Positions 1 through 13,600 of a DNA stretch of 64,000 bases are shown here, piece after piece. The position numbers were made by a program, and so were the translations under genes. Within the stretch, counting starts at the first letter, position 1; each line of letters begins with the position of its first letter. The notes below the pieces were generated by a model, which had not been told where the DNA came from, searched no databases, and saw only the letters and a program-made list of their open reading frames with translations. This stretch comes from Pocillopora damicornis (Eukaryota), in assembly GCF_003704095.1 (NCBI RefSeq), contig NW_020844271.1:62001-126000 (forward strand), read 5' to 3'.

Positions 1-143
1 GAGAGGACGTGAAGCATTGTGGGATATCTGATAGAAGTCAGCGGTCTATTTCATTTATTAAAAGTGCTCCTTCGATTTGTAGTACATGTGCGGGAATTCT
101 GTAATCTAAATGATCTTCAAATGATAATTGCTTTAACTGTAAT

Positions 144-3100
144 ATGTCTGTACAGAAGCTAAAGAAATCTCAGAAAGATATTGCTGTATCAAATGGATCA
201 GTGTCTGCGGTAGTGAAAAAGGCTTTCAAGAAAAATTCCAGTTGGGAAGATAAGGTAGGTTAATAAATTTACTTGCGATTGGTAAAATTCTGCAAGTGGA
301 GATTGATCATTTAATTAATTGTTATACCTCTTACGTTTGTTGTTAAAAGATGATTTATTACTTCTTATTTTAAGTAATATCCCTTCCACAGTTTGCTTAC
401 AAAATGCTATTTGGAGTCCTTACTTGTGCATGTAATTAACTGCACGAACAAGCCCAGCTTAGCATAGTCAAATATTGCATTTGATTTTAGCAATTTAGAC
501 GACAATTTCTCGAACGTACTAAACACATCATGGCGTAACCATCAAAGCTATGTATAGCATTTGCGTATTTAGATTGAGAACATAATATTCTTATTCGACA
601 CTGGTCAGTTTGTTCAGCTACTTGGATTACGCATTTGCAACAAGAACCTGCTTGGGTAGTGTGGAGGGGAGGGAGGGAGGGGTAGTTCTCTTCCTTGGGT
701 GCCTTACATCCAGGAAAAAAGTTCAACATTTCTGGTCTGAAAATCAGTGGAACAGGAAAGTTTCTGGTGAAAGCTACTAGTTATCTAGAAATTTCTGAAA
801 TTTTCTGTCCCATTGGTAATTTCAGTCTCCTGCATATGCAGCTGTATCAGTGGGTGACTTGACTTTTGTCAACAAATTAGGACTTTTCCCAGAATAAAAG
901 TGGGACCCATGGCTTTTAAAGTCATTGCATTCATATATTCAAAATACAGTTAAAAGGACTACTATTGAGAATGAGATGCATTTTACACACAGTATGCATC
1001 AATCTAAAGCTCATGGTTTTGAAGTTCTCGGACTGCCTCCCTTTGACAAAGTAAATTTTCCAAAAGCATATCAAGATCTTTTGTCAATAGGAAAGTGCCC
1101 CTTGTTAATCTGGCTGATCTACATTCAAAGATTAAAGAAACCTGGATAGTTACACGAAGGCTGATGTAAAAACCAGATCATGCTTTGTTCAGTGAAAATG
1201 TTTTTGTCTTCCAAGCAACCCTGTCCTTACTTTTCAATGCTGAGGAGGAGGAGGAGGAGGAGACATGGCCAAGTGGTTAGGGTGCTGGACTTGTATTCTG
1301 GTGGTCTCAGGTTCAAGTCCTTCACCCTGCCATTTACTGGATTTGTTCTTGGTTGCCCTGAGTTCAACTCCTTGGTGGCACCATGTTAATAGCCAAGTGG
1401 TCTGCCTCCTGCTAGTTGGGATTCTCAAGCACTTTGTATTTGTTTCAGTCACTGTAAAGCAGTATTGGATAGTGATAGAAATGGCGCTATTTATAAAGTA
1501 TTATTATCACTATACAATGAAATTTTGTGTAACACTTGGGACAGAGACTAAGAAAGGCAAGAAAATTCCCATCACCTAAACTTTTGACAGCAATTGTAGA
1601 AAACATCTTTGTGATATTAATATAAAGGTACTTTACCAAGTCACTGATCTTTCTGTTTTATCTTCAGGATGAATTCCTTGATGTAATATACTGGTTTAGA
1701 CAAGTGTTAGCAATTATTTTAGGCATTATTTGGGGTCTGCTACCTTTGAAAGGAATCCTTGCTATAGCACTGTAAGTTGCTAATTGTCATTTTGCATTTG
1801 TTGTCTTTATTTCTCATGAAATGTTGAACAAAATCAGTCTAAAAATTTTAAATGGTGCTATCCTGGGTTAACCCTTTAACTCCCACAAGTGACCAAGACA
1901 GAATTTCTCCCTACAATATCCATACAATATCAACCAGATAAGTGATGAGAATGAAGGAAAATATCAATTTGGGGACAATCAGTTGATCCAATACTAAATT
2001 CTCTGAACTAACATTATAAGAATTGTATGATAGACAGTAAAGAGAATTACAAACTTGGTCTGAGAGTTAAAGAGTTAATCTTTGATCTCCAAAGGTCTGA
2101 AAGTAATTCTCATTGCTGGCTACTCTTTGCTTCTCAATAAATCAGGAATGAAAAGCTTTTTTTTTCTTGTTACCTGTTTTCGTGTGATGATGTATCAATT
2201 TTGTAAAGAGAATAAACTTGTTTATTGTTTTTGGGAGTTGATTGTGACTGAACAGCCACAATTTTATGATTTTCAGATTTGCCCTTATAAATGCTGGTGT
2301 TTTGTACATATATTTCACAAACTTTCAAAAGATTGATGAAGAGGAATATGGTGGACCATGGGAACTGACTAAAGAAGGTTTTATGACATCATTTGCCTTA
2401 TTTTTGGTAAGTGCTAAATATCTTAGAAGCATATAAAAGATCTATAATGTAGAAAAGAAAAATAAACCCTTTTTAGCTCTTAGGCTATCTTTTAAAATGT
2501 TACTTTTTCTGCCACAGGGAAAAGACCTAATCTCAAATTTGCACCATATGTTTTGGTTCTTGAAATCTGAGAGATACATTTTAGGCATCTCACAAAATAC
2601 AAACTCAATTTAAGTATAAGTAGGGTTGCTTCAGAAACTTTCTTTGTTTTTTTTTTTTTTTTTTTTTACAAAATCCGACATGGGCTTTTCAAACATGAAC
2701 AGGAAAATCTTGTCTAGGAATATCTAATCAGTAGATGACTTAACACTGACTATTGTCAAGGTCATAAAGATTGTAAAAAAAGTGATGGGAAATTTTACCT
2801 CAATAAGTATTCTTGGCCAGTATTTTTGAAATTTTTTTCTCAACAAAGGAAATGGACAGAGAAACTTGTTAGATCTGGAAGTGTAGACAACTGATGGCTC
2901 AATTACCCACAGCAGTCTTACACCATTGAAATATTTTGTCCTCAATATGTTTGACTCACTTAACTGTTGTTACAGTTATAGTAGAGTTACATTCTTGTAT
3001 TCTATATTTTTATTTGGTAAACTGTTCATAATTGCATGTAGCAGTGAGATTTCAGTGGATTAATTCATCAAATTTACTTCATAAACATATCCTATTTTGA

Positions 3101-3176
3101 TATTAATAACAAAATGCCTTGAATTATTTTACAGGTTATCTGGATTATATTTTACTCTGCTGTCCACTTTCCTTGA
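144..3176 (+). CDS. RAB5IF: RAB5-interacting factor / C20orf24 (OPTI, GEL complex subunit), 4 coding exons
   Basis: Exons 144-254, 1668-1771, 2277-2406 and 3135-3176 have GT-AG boundaries and join in frame to MSVQKLKK...WEDK-DEFLDVIYWFRQVLAIILGIIWGLLPLKG...IDEEEYGGPWELTKEGFMTSFALFL-VIWIIFYSAVHFP*. This matches the C20orf24 family signature as I recall it. Confidence 0.95.
1262..1430 (+). mobile_element. tRNA-derived SINE-like element in RAB5IF intron 1
   Basis: Pol III A-box TGGCCAAGTGG (1266-1276) and B-box GGTTCAAGTCC (1310-1320) at tRNA-like spacing, preceded by a (GAG)n tract. No intact cloverleaf. Confidence 0.65.
1868..2078. mobile_element. TTAA-flanked ~200-bp MITE (piggyBac-like)
   Basis: TTAA-CCCTTTAACTCCCA ... 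TGAGAGTTAAAGAG-TTAA terminal inverted repeats. Homologous copies occur elsewhere in the window. Confidence 0.75.
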
Positions 3177-3762
3177 TGTTGTTAATGGACTCTGTTGTAC
3201 ATCATTACTGGAGAATGAGGAAGATGTGATCACTAGCATCATCTCACTGTAGTTAAGGACCCAGTTTTTCATCATAATTGTCAAGTGAATAATACCATTG
3301 TAGATGAGTTCTGGGCCAGAACTGCACCTTCTGTACACCTAATATACTGGCAATTTTCTCTATGATGCCACCAAGCCTAAAACTTTGACAGAATACAACA
3401 TTAAGATAATTCTGATTTAAAGGAGTGTCATGAAATCTAATTCCCTATCATTTTAGACAAAGTTGGTAAAATTTTATGTATAGAGAAAGCTTGTTTATAT
3501 GTAACTAATTTCTCTAACTCTTAAGATATGATGTGTGATTCTTCCTTCCAGCTCTATGGTTTGTCCTTGTAAAAAAATAATGAAGAAAAGTTGGTTTACA
3601 TCAACTTAAGATAAATAAAAACCTTCAGTTGATACATTTGTCCATTGCCATTTCTTGTGTGTTAGATAATGTATTGGTGTTGTTAAGAATAGATTTACAT
3701 TGAGCACATCTTTGAGTTAGAGGTCTGACTATGAATATCTCAGAGAATTATCATTTATCAAA

Positions 3763-4240
3763 AAGCTTAGAGGACAGTATTTTCCCCATCAAATTATTAA
3801 GCTTTTGCTTGGATGTTTATTTGAAAACAAAAATAAAAACTTAACTATATGTATTTTTTCAAATTTTAATATCTATCAATGAGTTTAGGCAAGTTACCTA
3901 GACAGTCAATGGCAGCTGCAAGCGAAGGCAGTAGGAGATAATGACAACCCTGTGAGCTGCCACCATTATACAGTCTGGGAATCTCAATTTCCAAAAAGCT
4001 TTGTTATCTTAACTTTGTTTTTGAAAAGCTAAGAGGAAAGTATTTTCTCCATAAAAAATTGCTATGCTATGGACTGGATGTTCATTTGAAAACAAAAATA
4101 AAAACTTAACATTCTTTAAATTTTAGTATCTACAGATGAGAGGCAGCTGTAGGCAAGGGCAGTAGGGAATCGTAACAACCCTGTGAGCTGCCACCGTCAT
4201 ACAGTCTGGGAATCTCAACTCCCAGAAAGCTTTGTTGCAG
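3763..4240. repeat. Two-copy direct tandem duplication (~260/215 bp) with a GC-rich core
   Basis: Both copies share ATTTGAAAACAAAAATAAAAACTTAAC and ACAACCCTGTGAGCTGCCACC...ATACAGTCTGGGAATCTCAA...AAAGCTTTGTT. Confidence 0.85.
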
Positions 4241-4299
4241 CCTTTACTATTTCTTGTTTGTTGTTGAGTTTTTAAAGAGGAACCAAGAAAAGTACAAAT

Positions 4300-4628
4300 C
4301 TTGCTGTTTACGGTAGCTGCGAATTTTGACTTACGTCACTTTTCACGCTTTGCATGCCAAACACTCGCGAGTGAGTACACTTCTTGTAAGGGAGGGGAGG
4401 GTTGATAATACCAACGCATGAGAATCACGTGTTCCACCATTCACGCTTGGATTTGCAAAATATGTCATTGACATGATTCACTTACAAAGGTATTTGAGCG
4501 GAAATATAAACACGCTGAATTAGACAAACACTTCCTACGAACCATGACGAATCTTAATCATCCAATATAAATGACATATTTGCTTTCAAAATCGCGCTCG
4601 GTCAGCTAATACAGACTCTTCGGTTTAA
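4300..4628 (+). promoter_or_regulatory. Probable rhophilin promoter (CpG-rich)
   Basis: CpG density rises locally. CRE/ATF-like TTACGTCA (4331-4338) and E-box CACGTG (4426-4431) lie just upstream of the first coding exon. Confidence 0.4.
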
Positions 4629-7600
4629 ATGACTAGTGTGATGGTTCCAACGGACGGACGTGAAATGTCGGAGGAAAATTGCCATACGGGAAATGATGTT
4701 CTCAAAGGTGACCACGTAAAGCTTGAAGTGGTAAGTAATATTAAAAGAGTGGTGTTCTTGTAGTGATATAATCCTTTTATAAGTTTCAATATGTCCAATA
4801 TTGCTTTTAAGAGTTTGCGGCTAATTTGAAGCCCTCCGATGGTGAAATTTAGCCGATGCTATCTGTCATTACAATATTTGCTCATTTGCGTCCTTTATCA
4901 CGAAACAAAAATATCGTCGCCCGTTGGTAAGATGTTTGTTAAAACACAGTGTCGCGTATGACAAAGTGTACTAAATTCAATTAATTCGTTGGTGCGTGTT
5001 CTCTTCATTCAATCAAAAGGACGATGTCGAACTAGGATCTCGCAAGACATCTGCCCGATGGAAACTTCAACACAAACGACAAGTATTAAATCAGAAAATA
5101 TTCAAGCAGACAAAATTACGAGATGGTGCTGAAAATTTGATGAAAGCTCTCAGGTAAGTTACACTTTACGTGAAACTTATTTTAGGTTTTTGCCTCCCAT
5201 ATAGTGTATAAAAGTGCATCAGATAGACTCATTTTTATCTGAAGTTCACTCTCCGATCTACTGTTCGTGTAGCATTCCTCCTCCATAATTTTCTTTAGTT
5301 TTCTACTAATTGACTTGTGTGTTTCATAATCCGTTAAATATATAACAATGACAATATTGTAAGCCTTTTTTCTAGAAAGAGTCAACCGCAGCGTGCAAAA
5401 TTGATTAAGCTCACAGAATGCAGATTCTGTAACAACTTGATCAAGTGAATTACGGCATCTATTTAATATTATAATTTAAGACTTTCAATTTAGTCATGTA
5501 AATTACATTAACAACAATAATACTGATCCATGCGATATATTTAATTCAATTATTTCACATTGCGTCATGAGCCACAGACTGAGAAATAAATAATCCTCTC
5601 AACGGCTTTAATCCGTTGAAGTATGAAAGATTTAATGAAAATTTCAAGTATGTGTTTTGATGGTATATCTTTTTCTCTGTAGTTTCTTTCCTTGGTATTA
5701 CTTAATGTTTGATTTCATAGTCCACAAATAATTTTAATAAAATTATAAGGCAATAAAATTAATATTGAGGATTAAAGCCCTGTTCAAATGGTCATCATAG
5801 TTGGCTATTGTAGTCATTTTACCATTTGCCATTTCAGTTTGAGCCCCTTTTTGGCAATACTTCTGACTGGAAAACTATCATTCACTATCATCTGCTTGTT
5901 CAAATGGCAAAAACTATCATCAACTATGATGTGGAATTTGAACATGTCCAAACTACCTGATAGTTGATGATAAGTTGATAGTTGATAGTTGATGATAAAC
6001 GATGATAGTGCATAAACGTGCATGAACGTGCATAAACGTGCATGAACCGCGTGATAGTTGAAACTATCATCAACTCTCATGACAGTTTGTATCAGGTGTA
6101 ATTATGGTCTGATTTGACCTTTGCTTGGTCTGAGTGTAGTGCCATAAAATGAAAATAAGATGAAAAGAGTTTTGTTTTTATGTGAGATAAAAATAAACTG
6201 TAACAATATTTATATACCAGTCTACTGTGATATTAGCAATCAAAAACTTATTAGCAAACCAATTTTCATTTCCAGTGTAAAAATGTAAGCTATTATAGTC
6301 ATGACCCACACGTTACAAAAAAAATGTTTACCGGTAATCTGAAATAAACTTAAAGTGAAAATTCAATTTGAAAAAGAGGAAAAATCCTGATGAAATATTT
6401 GTTTTTCTTCAAATCTTTCTCTGGAAACTTATAAAAAATGCCTGTGTGTAAATTTTCAGTTTTCAGGCATCTACTGTTATAGTCATGTCTTTAGAGACAA
6501 TCTGGCACTCGAAGAATGGATTAATTTAAGTAACAGAGGTTCATGAGTATGTGCTTATTGATTGCAACTAGTTCCTCCTCTTCAGAAAAAAGGTAAAAAA
6601 AATGATTGTAGAATTCTTAGGGTGCAGAACTCTGGAAGTAAGGCATACTAATTTTTTTTTCACTGACCCTTTTTACTCATGTGACAGTCTTCAGTCTTCA
6701 TGTGAAAACAGGGACTACTCATAGTCTAGCATATATGGATTTTCTTTGATCTACTCTTTGTTTTCTTTTATGTTTAAACACGTTTTCTGTTTTCCTTTAT
6801 TACAACTATAATCTTAATATAAAATAGAATAAGAAAATAGGAGAAAATGATGGATGGTTATGAGGCAAGTAAACCTCTCCCATTAAATCACACATTGATC
6901 TTCAATTAAAGGCTTTGATTTGCCTCTTCTTAAACTGTCAGCCCTTATGTATATATATATATATTTGTTTTTTTTTTTAAGGATAACAAATGATCGCAAA
7001 ACAAAGCTTGCTGCCAAAACAGAGTTGAGTTTTGCTAATTCCCAGTTGGACTTGTTGAAAGAAGAACTGGAAGGAATCAACAGCACGTTGGATGTTTATC
7101 AGTTTGACAGGTGAATTCTCAAATTCATCAGTTTAAGTCTTTTGGGTCTGTTTTAGAGAGAAATTTGTTCATTTATTTGTTATTGGGACAGTTGAGTCCT
7201 TGCTTTCTTATAAGGAGTTGGAAAAGGAAAATTCCTGTATGCAAGTCAGAGAAAAAGATGATAAAATCTCAGTTCAATCTTTGGAAAGATGGTTGTGTGA
7301 TCTGCGAATAAAATTACTTTTTCTCCAACAGACAAAACTGAATCATTAATGAAAGCCAAGTTGGGGCGATTTCCCTAGGCTTGGTGCAGATTTGACCATC
7401 TTTTATGCCTTTCTTTCATTTCCCAAAACTTGATACCAGTATTATTTATATAGCTAGGTAGCAATACTTCTGTTTGTTCATTTGTTATTCATTTTTTACT
7501 GGTGTTGTTTTGATATGTAATAAAGATCTGTAGAGCACCAGATTCCTTTGATTGCTGTTGGTCTCAGGGAAACAAAAGAACTCGATTTTAAATCACAGTT

Positions 7601-10600
7601 TAAGGTATGCAGGTTTCTTTTCTACTCTGAATACATTTAGTTTGAGCCGGGTACAGTAAATGTTTCAAACAATCTCTTGACCTAAATCCTTTTTATTATC
7701 AGGATAGACATCAAGGAGGGGTTTAGAGTTAACTTTAACTGAAATCCTAGCTTAAATTCTTGGATTATACACCTTTTCCTCTTAGCAAGCAGACAAATGG
7801 AGGGTTTACATCTAGGAGGGGGGGAGGGCTTAAATCACTTAATGTGATGAAGATACAAAATAACATGCTCACTACAGGTAGTGTTCAGCATCACTAGGTA
7901 TTAAAAAGGTAACCAGTCGTATTGTGCTATATATTTTCAGGATTTCATTTTGGATCACTATAGTGAAACTCCGGAAAATTTTGAGGGGGAGCTTGAGTTA
8001 TTTGAGAATCTAAGAAAGGTTTGTCAAATTAATAAGTTAGCTGCATGCACACAATCGATAAAAATTATGGTGGTGCCTTGGCACCAAGACTTTGGTTCAT
8101 CTGTGTATTTTGTCCTCATAACTGAAGATGAAATTATTTTGAGTGTTTTCCAAACATGTTGAGCAAAACATACTCATTCCTAGATGCTTAGACTGTAAAT
8201 GAAAAGAGATTATATTTGAAAAAAAAATTTATATATATTATTTCTCAAGGAATGCAACTGTCAAACATTAATTCGAATAAAAGGTTTTTTAAATGTTATT
8301 CTTTCTTCAACTAATAGCTTATTGCTGTCATTTAGACCTTATTTCCTGTTTCTTTTTAAAAATTTATCTTTTTGGCTATACCACCAAAGAAAGCATTTGT
8401 GACTTAGAGTCTTGCCACTGTACATTTTTAAATAGGAAGCTGTGAACAAAGCTAACAGAGATGAAAATGGCATTCATTCTTTGTTCAAGTACTACAACCA
8501 ACTCTATTTTGTGGAAAAGAAATTCTTTCCCAATGGGAAGCACTATACAGTGTCAGTTTATTTTCACTGGTAAGTTTGAAGGTATTTGTGTGTAGAGTAC
8601 CTTCAGTTATTAAACAAAAATTAGGGTGATTGTATTAGAGGCAAGTTGGCAGAAAAAGGGAAGGAAATTAATGTTCTAGAGGAATTATTTTTCATTATAA
8701 AGGGAAATTAGAACAATCTAAACCAAGAAGCTTGACTAGAAAAATTTATTTTTAACACTGATTAGTAAGAAAGGAAAGGACAAGACTGCACTTGATACAG
8801 TATTTGTCTTGGTGTCTCTTAATCTAGCTGTTAAAGAAAGGAATCTCATCAATGTGAGAACTCTTTCCAGTTTTCTTATATGACTAGGCTATAAGCAGAC
8901 GTCAAACCTTTCAAAATTATAGTACTTTTTCACTACAAAATTGTTGCAAAATTGTTGAGAAACTGAAGTGAAATGAAAAGAAATAAAGGTTATGGAATTA
9001 AATGATCTGCGTGTTAATTAAAATGTGAAAATCATTGTCAATGTTATTGTAAGTTATAATTATGATAATAACTAAATAAAATAACATACAATTATGATTA
9101 CTTCATAATTATATTGGCTCTCTCTATGGAAGGTTTGATACCACAACTGGTTTACCAAAAATACAAAGATCTGTTGCATTTGAAAAGGTATGGACACCTT
9201 ACTGGCAAAACTGTATGTTGTTGTATACGCTACTTTGGGTTTAATGAAATTTTAATTGAAATTGTTTTGATATTACTAATTTTACAAACATTAACTTTGT
9301 AGGCCAGTGTGCTTTTCAACATTGCTGCCATCTGGAGTCAAATTGGTGCAAAGCAAGTAAGTTAAGATAGATATAATACCATATTTCTTGGAATACATGC
9401 CCATGCTGTAATAGGTGTCCTCCCCTGCATAAGTGCCCACCCTCTAGGCCAAAATGTCCAACAAGTGCCCCCTTGAATAAGCACCCCCCTTCTACTCACT
9501 CACTTTCTTAGATGGTAGGAATATAAGGAAAACCTTTTTCTACTGCCACTTATTCATACAGTGGAGGCGCGGTGGCCTCATGGTTAGTGCACTCAACTCT
9601 GGATCAAGTAGTCCAGGTTCGAGCCCTGGCCGTGGTCATTGTGTTGTGTTCTTAGGCAAGACACTTTACTCTCACAGCGCTTCTCTTCACCCAGGTGTAC
9701 AAATGGGTACCAGCAAGTATGCTGGGGATAACCCTGCAATGGACTAGCATCCCATCTAGGGGGGAGTAGCAATACTCCTAGCTGCTTCATGCTAAGGAAA
9801 CCAGAGTTAAGTGCTGACCCCATGGGCCACTTGGGCCTGTATAAAGGCTTTACTTTTTACTTTATTCATGCAGTAATTATTTAAACATTAAGTACAGCAG
9901 AATCAGTATATAAAAGAACAATAAATGCTCTCCTCAATTAAGCACCCTCCTTCCAATAAGCACCCCTACTTTAAGATGAAATTTTTCAACAAGTGCCTGG
10001 ACATCTATTCAAGGAAAAATGGAAGTTGTAATATTTTGATAGAGTGAGCTTATTTGGGTATTCTCAGCCCAGTTTGTATGTATGCTCCTAAGTTCTTTGT
10101 TGTGTGCCATATTGTCATCTTCCAATGACCCTGTAATTTACCATAAGCTTTTGAGATTCCTTTTGGTCTTGTGCAGTGTTTTTGTTTTTCTTTTGGTTTT
10201 GATACATTGTGTGTGCCCCACTGATAAGGTTGGCTATGTAGTGATGGAATATCTCTTTTGGATAGGGACACGCCTTTATGTATAGCTGTGGTTAGGGTGG
10301 GAAAAGGAGTATGATTCTGTTGTTCAGTTTATTTTCTTTTTTCCTGAGGATGTGCTGTGAAAGTGGTGTTGTTGTTTTATTAGCAAGATGAGATGTCCAT
10401 GTTTTACTCTCTCAAAGATTTCTTCTTTCAAGATAAAATCTAGTTGCTTGATAATTAGGTGTTAGCCAAGCTGTTATGTCTGTCTTTCAGCTTCTTGGCT
10501 AATCAAACTTCATAAACATATTCTGATCAAATTTGAAATTCTCGATGGAATTTGTGATTTAGAATCCACTGCATTATTCATTAACTAAAGTCCTAAAAAT

Positions 10601-13600
10601 ATAAGCATTAAAAATGAAGAGGTATTCCTTGCAGGACAGAAGAACAGAGGCAGGACTCAAAGAGGCAATTGATGCTTTTCAGAAAGCTGCAGGTAACCAT
10701 ACTTAGCTACAAACCAGCTGGGTTTTTCATATCTGCTGGTCTACAGCTCTAGATTTGTCAGACTTGCTTCATATTCTTCAAAAAGTAAAATAGAAACTTG
10801 AGGTGGGTGTGGGGGAATTTCCTTTTGAACTCTCCGACCTTTACCTTTCCGACTTTCTGAAATGTTGTACAGATCATTCAAGAGGCCTGTAAGATGACCA
10901 ATGGCAGCATAAAATGAATTTCTTATCATTCATTTGCAACTTCACGGTAGATTTGTTTTTGAGAAGTACAGTAATATTACTAATAGCTAATGAATCAAAA
11001 TGAAACAGGCAGGGTGTCACTGAGTGTCAGTGTGTCATGCACACCAGAGAAACCAGCTTTTTAGGGTTGTATTATCAAATGGTCTTTGCCGTGAATATGA
11101 ATATAATTTTGAATATGAAAGCGATGTTTGCAGTAATGAACACTTCCAAAGCAGAAGTAAAAATAAGGCCTGAAAAAAATTCCGGCCTGTATGGGATATG
11201 AATCCATGGCCTTTGCAATACCAGTGCAGTGTTCTACCAACTGAGCCAACAAGCCAACCGGGAGCTAGTCATTACGTTTGTTTCCCAATAAACCAGGGAA
11301 TTGATGAATCAAGGACTGTGAATATTTGAAAATCATGTAATTATCTGAACTTTGGATAAAGAAGTGAATATGAAAGCGACCTTCACAGTAATGAACACTA
11401 CTTAATGAGCAGTAGTAAAAATTAGGCCTGAAAAGATTCTGGCTGGTATGGGATTTGAACCCATGACCTCTGTGATACCAGAGCAGTGCTCTTAACTAGC
11501 TAAGCTAACAAGCCAACTGTGAGCTGATCATTTTTTCGTTTCATATTAAACCTGTGAAGTGATGAATCAATGACTGTGAATGTATGAAAATTATGTGAAC
11601 TACAGTTTAAGAATTGAATATGATTTCAAGCGATCTTAGTAGTAATGATATATTTTGGATGGTAATAATTTATTTTTGCTTTATTATTCAGGTGTATTTA
11701 AATTTATCAAAGACAGTTTTATCAACTCACCAAGTGCTGACCTAACACCAGAAGTGATGAACATGTTGATGGCTGTCATGCTGGTGAGTTTAAAGTTCAA
11801 GTGAGCCATGTTTTAAACAAGCAGGGAATAGGTAGTGAAATGTGTAGAATGTATTTTTCTTTTTTTGTGGATCTTGCAACATGTAAGAGGATCATTTTAC
11901 TTTAAGGCTTGCGAAATTTGATTTTAACTGGACAATAACAAAGTCAGTGGTACAAATTACTTTAAAAAAGAGAGCTCAAGGATTTGAGGAAGGCTTGTCT
12001 TTGCAACCACCAATGAAATCCGTCTCCATTTTGGTCCTGGTTGAAGTTAGTACTCCTATAAAGGGATGGAATTTTTATGTCTGACAAACAGTATTTTATT
12101 TCACAACTCTTCATTGATATTCAGTTGAAACAGGGTGAGGGAAAAAGGATTGATCCATGTGCTAAGCTAAGCTGTTCCAGTTTGGCTGAGGCAGGGTTGT
12201 GTCCTGTGGTACCAACCATGAAATAAGAATGGGAAGGTGGGCCATTCTCATAGTGCACTCTGCCAGAAAACTGAGTATTAGAGAAATGGATGAATCTCCT
12301 CAATATTTATTAAAGACCTCTAATGTAACCAATATGAAAAATGTTCACTCAGTCTAGAAAACTGCATTTTTATCTTGTATTTCAAATTTGTTGATCATTA
12401 TTAGTTCTGTAAATAGTAGGGCTTTCATTGAGACATTTAGAAAAATCTGCATAGTAGCTGTAGAGCTATCTGCTCTCCAATGTTTAATGAACATCCTGGA
12501 ATAGTTTACAACATTGTTTAATATCTTTAAGTTAATAATTTATCTATTTCTCAGGCTCAGGCACAAGTGTGTATATGGGAAGAACTAATTCTTGGTGGAA
12601 TTAAAGATAACTTGTCTGACAAGATAGTTGCTGCTCAGGAATGTGCCCAGGTAAGAATATGAGTCTGATCTAATGAATAACCTTTTTTCATGGAACAGAA
12701 TTTTATTCATTACATCAAAATGATGATAACTGGCATGTGGCCATAGAAATATGTGACAGAAACTTGCTCTGATTAAAATCTGAAGTGATTTTAAAACATG
12801 TTGCCAATCCTCATGTGAAGTCTTGGTACCTGGTTGTGTTTCATTAGTTGTACATAAATTTGAAACTGAATGAAAGTTTAATTTTCCCCTTACTTAATTC
12901 CTAACATGAGTGAAATAGAGAGTTGTATAATTAGATATATTATAGAGAAAAGCTAACTGATTTTTTCCTATATATTCTGTAGATTATCATCAGCTTCGTC
13001 AGTTGTCAGCTCAAAATATAGCTGACATGGTATAATATAAATCAGTTGTAAAACTTGATGTATAATTTAGCAATATGTGCCCTACAGAACCTATAGAAAA
13101 CTCTGAAATAGTTAAGTATTGCAAATTTTGAAAGAGGTGTCCTGTGAGGAAAATTGATGTTTTTTTTTTCCCATGTCAGGTTAGTCAGAGTTACAAAAAG
13201 GTTCGGATCCTGATGAATTCTGGAATCTGCTTGAGTTGTGTTCCAATTTCCTGGAGAAACATGATGTCTGTGAGTATGAAACAAATAAAGTGCTTTTCTA
13301 TGAAGTGTCATTAAACCAGAACAAATGGAAAGTCATCACAACAGGCTTTGAGGATGATGGAAAACATGGCAGGGAATCATTGGAAACTTGTTGTGAAAAC
13401 AAGTAAACTGCCTAAAGTGCAAAGGACCTTAATTAATAAATGTCCAAGTCACAGTTGGTTTTACATTTGGTTGGTTGCGAGAGTGGTGCCAGTTTTCTGG
13501 ACCAATCATAGAGTATAGTTGAATAAAACCTGTGCAGTCCTAGATAATTTTCCACACTCAGTTGGAAATTTGTCCCATTTACATAAGTATGTTTAGCATA

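Noticed and set aside
3911-4240. HDV-like, hammerhead or twister ribozyme
   Set aside because: There is no room for P3-L3 between the candidate P2 and P1', no CUGANGA/GAAA core and no twister motifs. Kept only as an unclassified structured candidate.
9593-9823. 76-aa ORF, and similar ORFs at 1180-1579, 11061-11252, 15722-16009 and 20375-20608
   Set aside because: These are translations of SINE/MITE sequence or homopolymer runs with no coding signature.
11180-11260. Functional tRNA gene
   Set aside because: The B-box and stems are degenerate, and it sits in a repeated unit. Treated as a tRNA-derived repeat.
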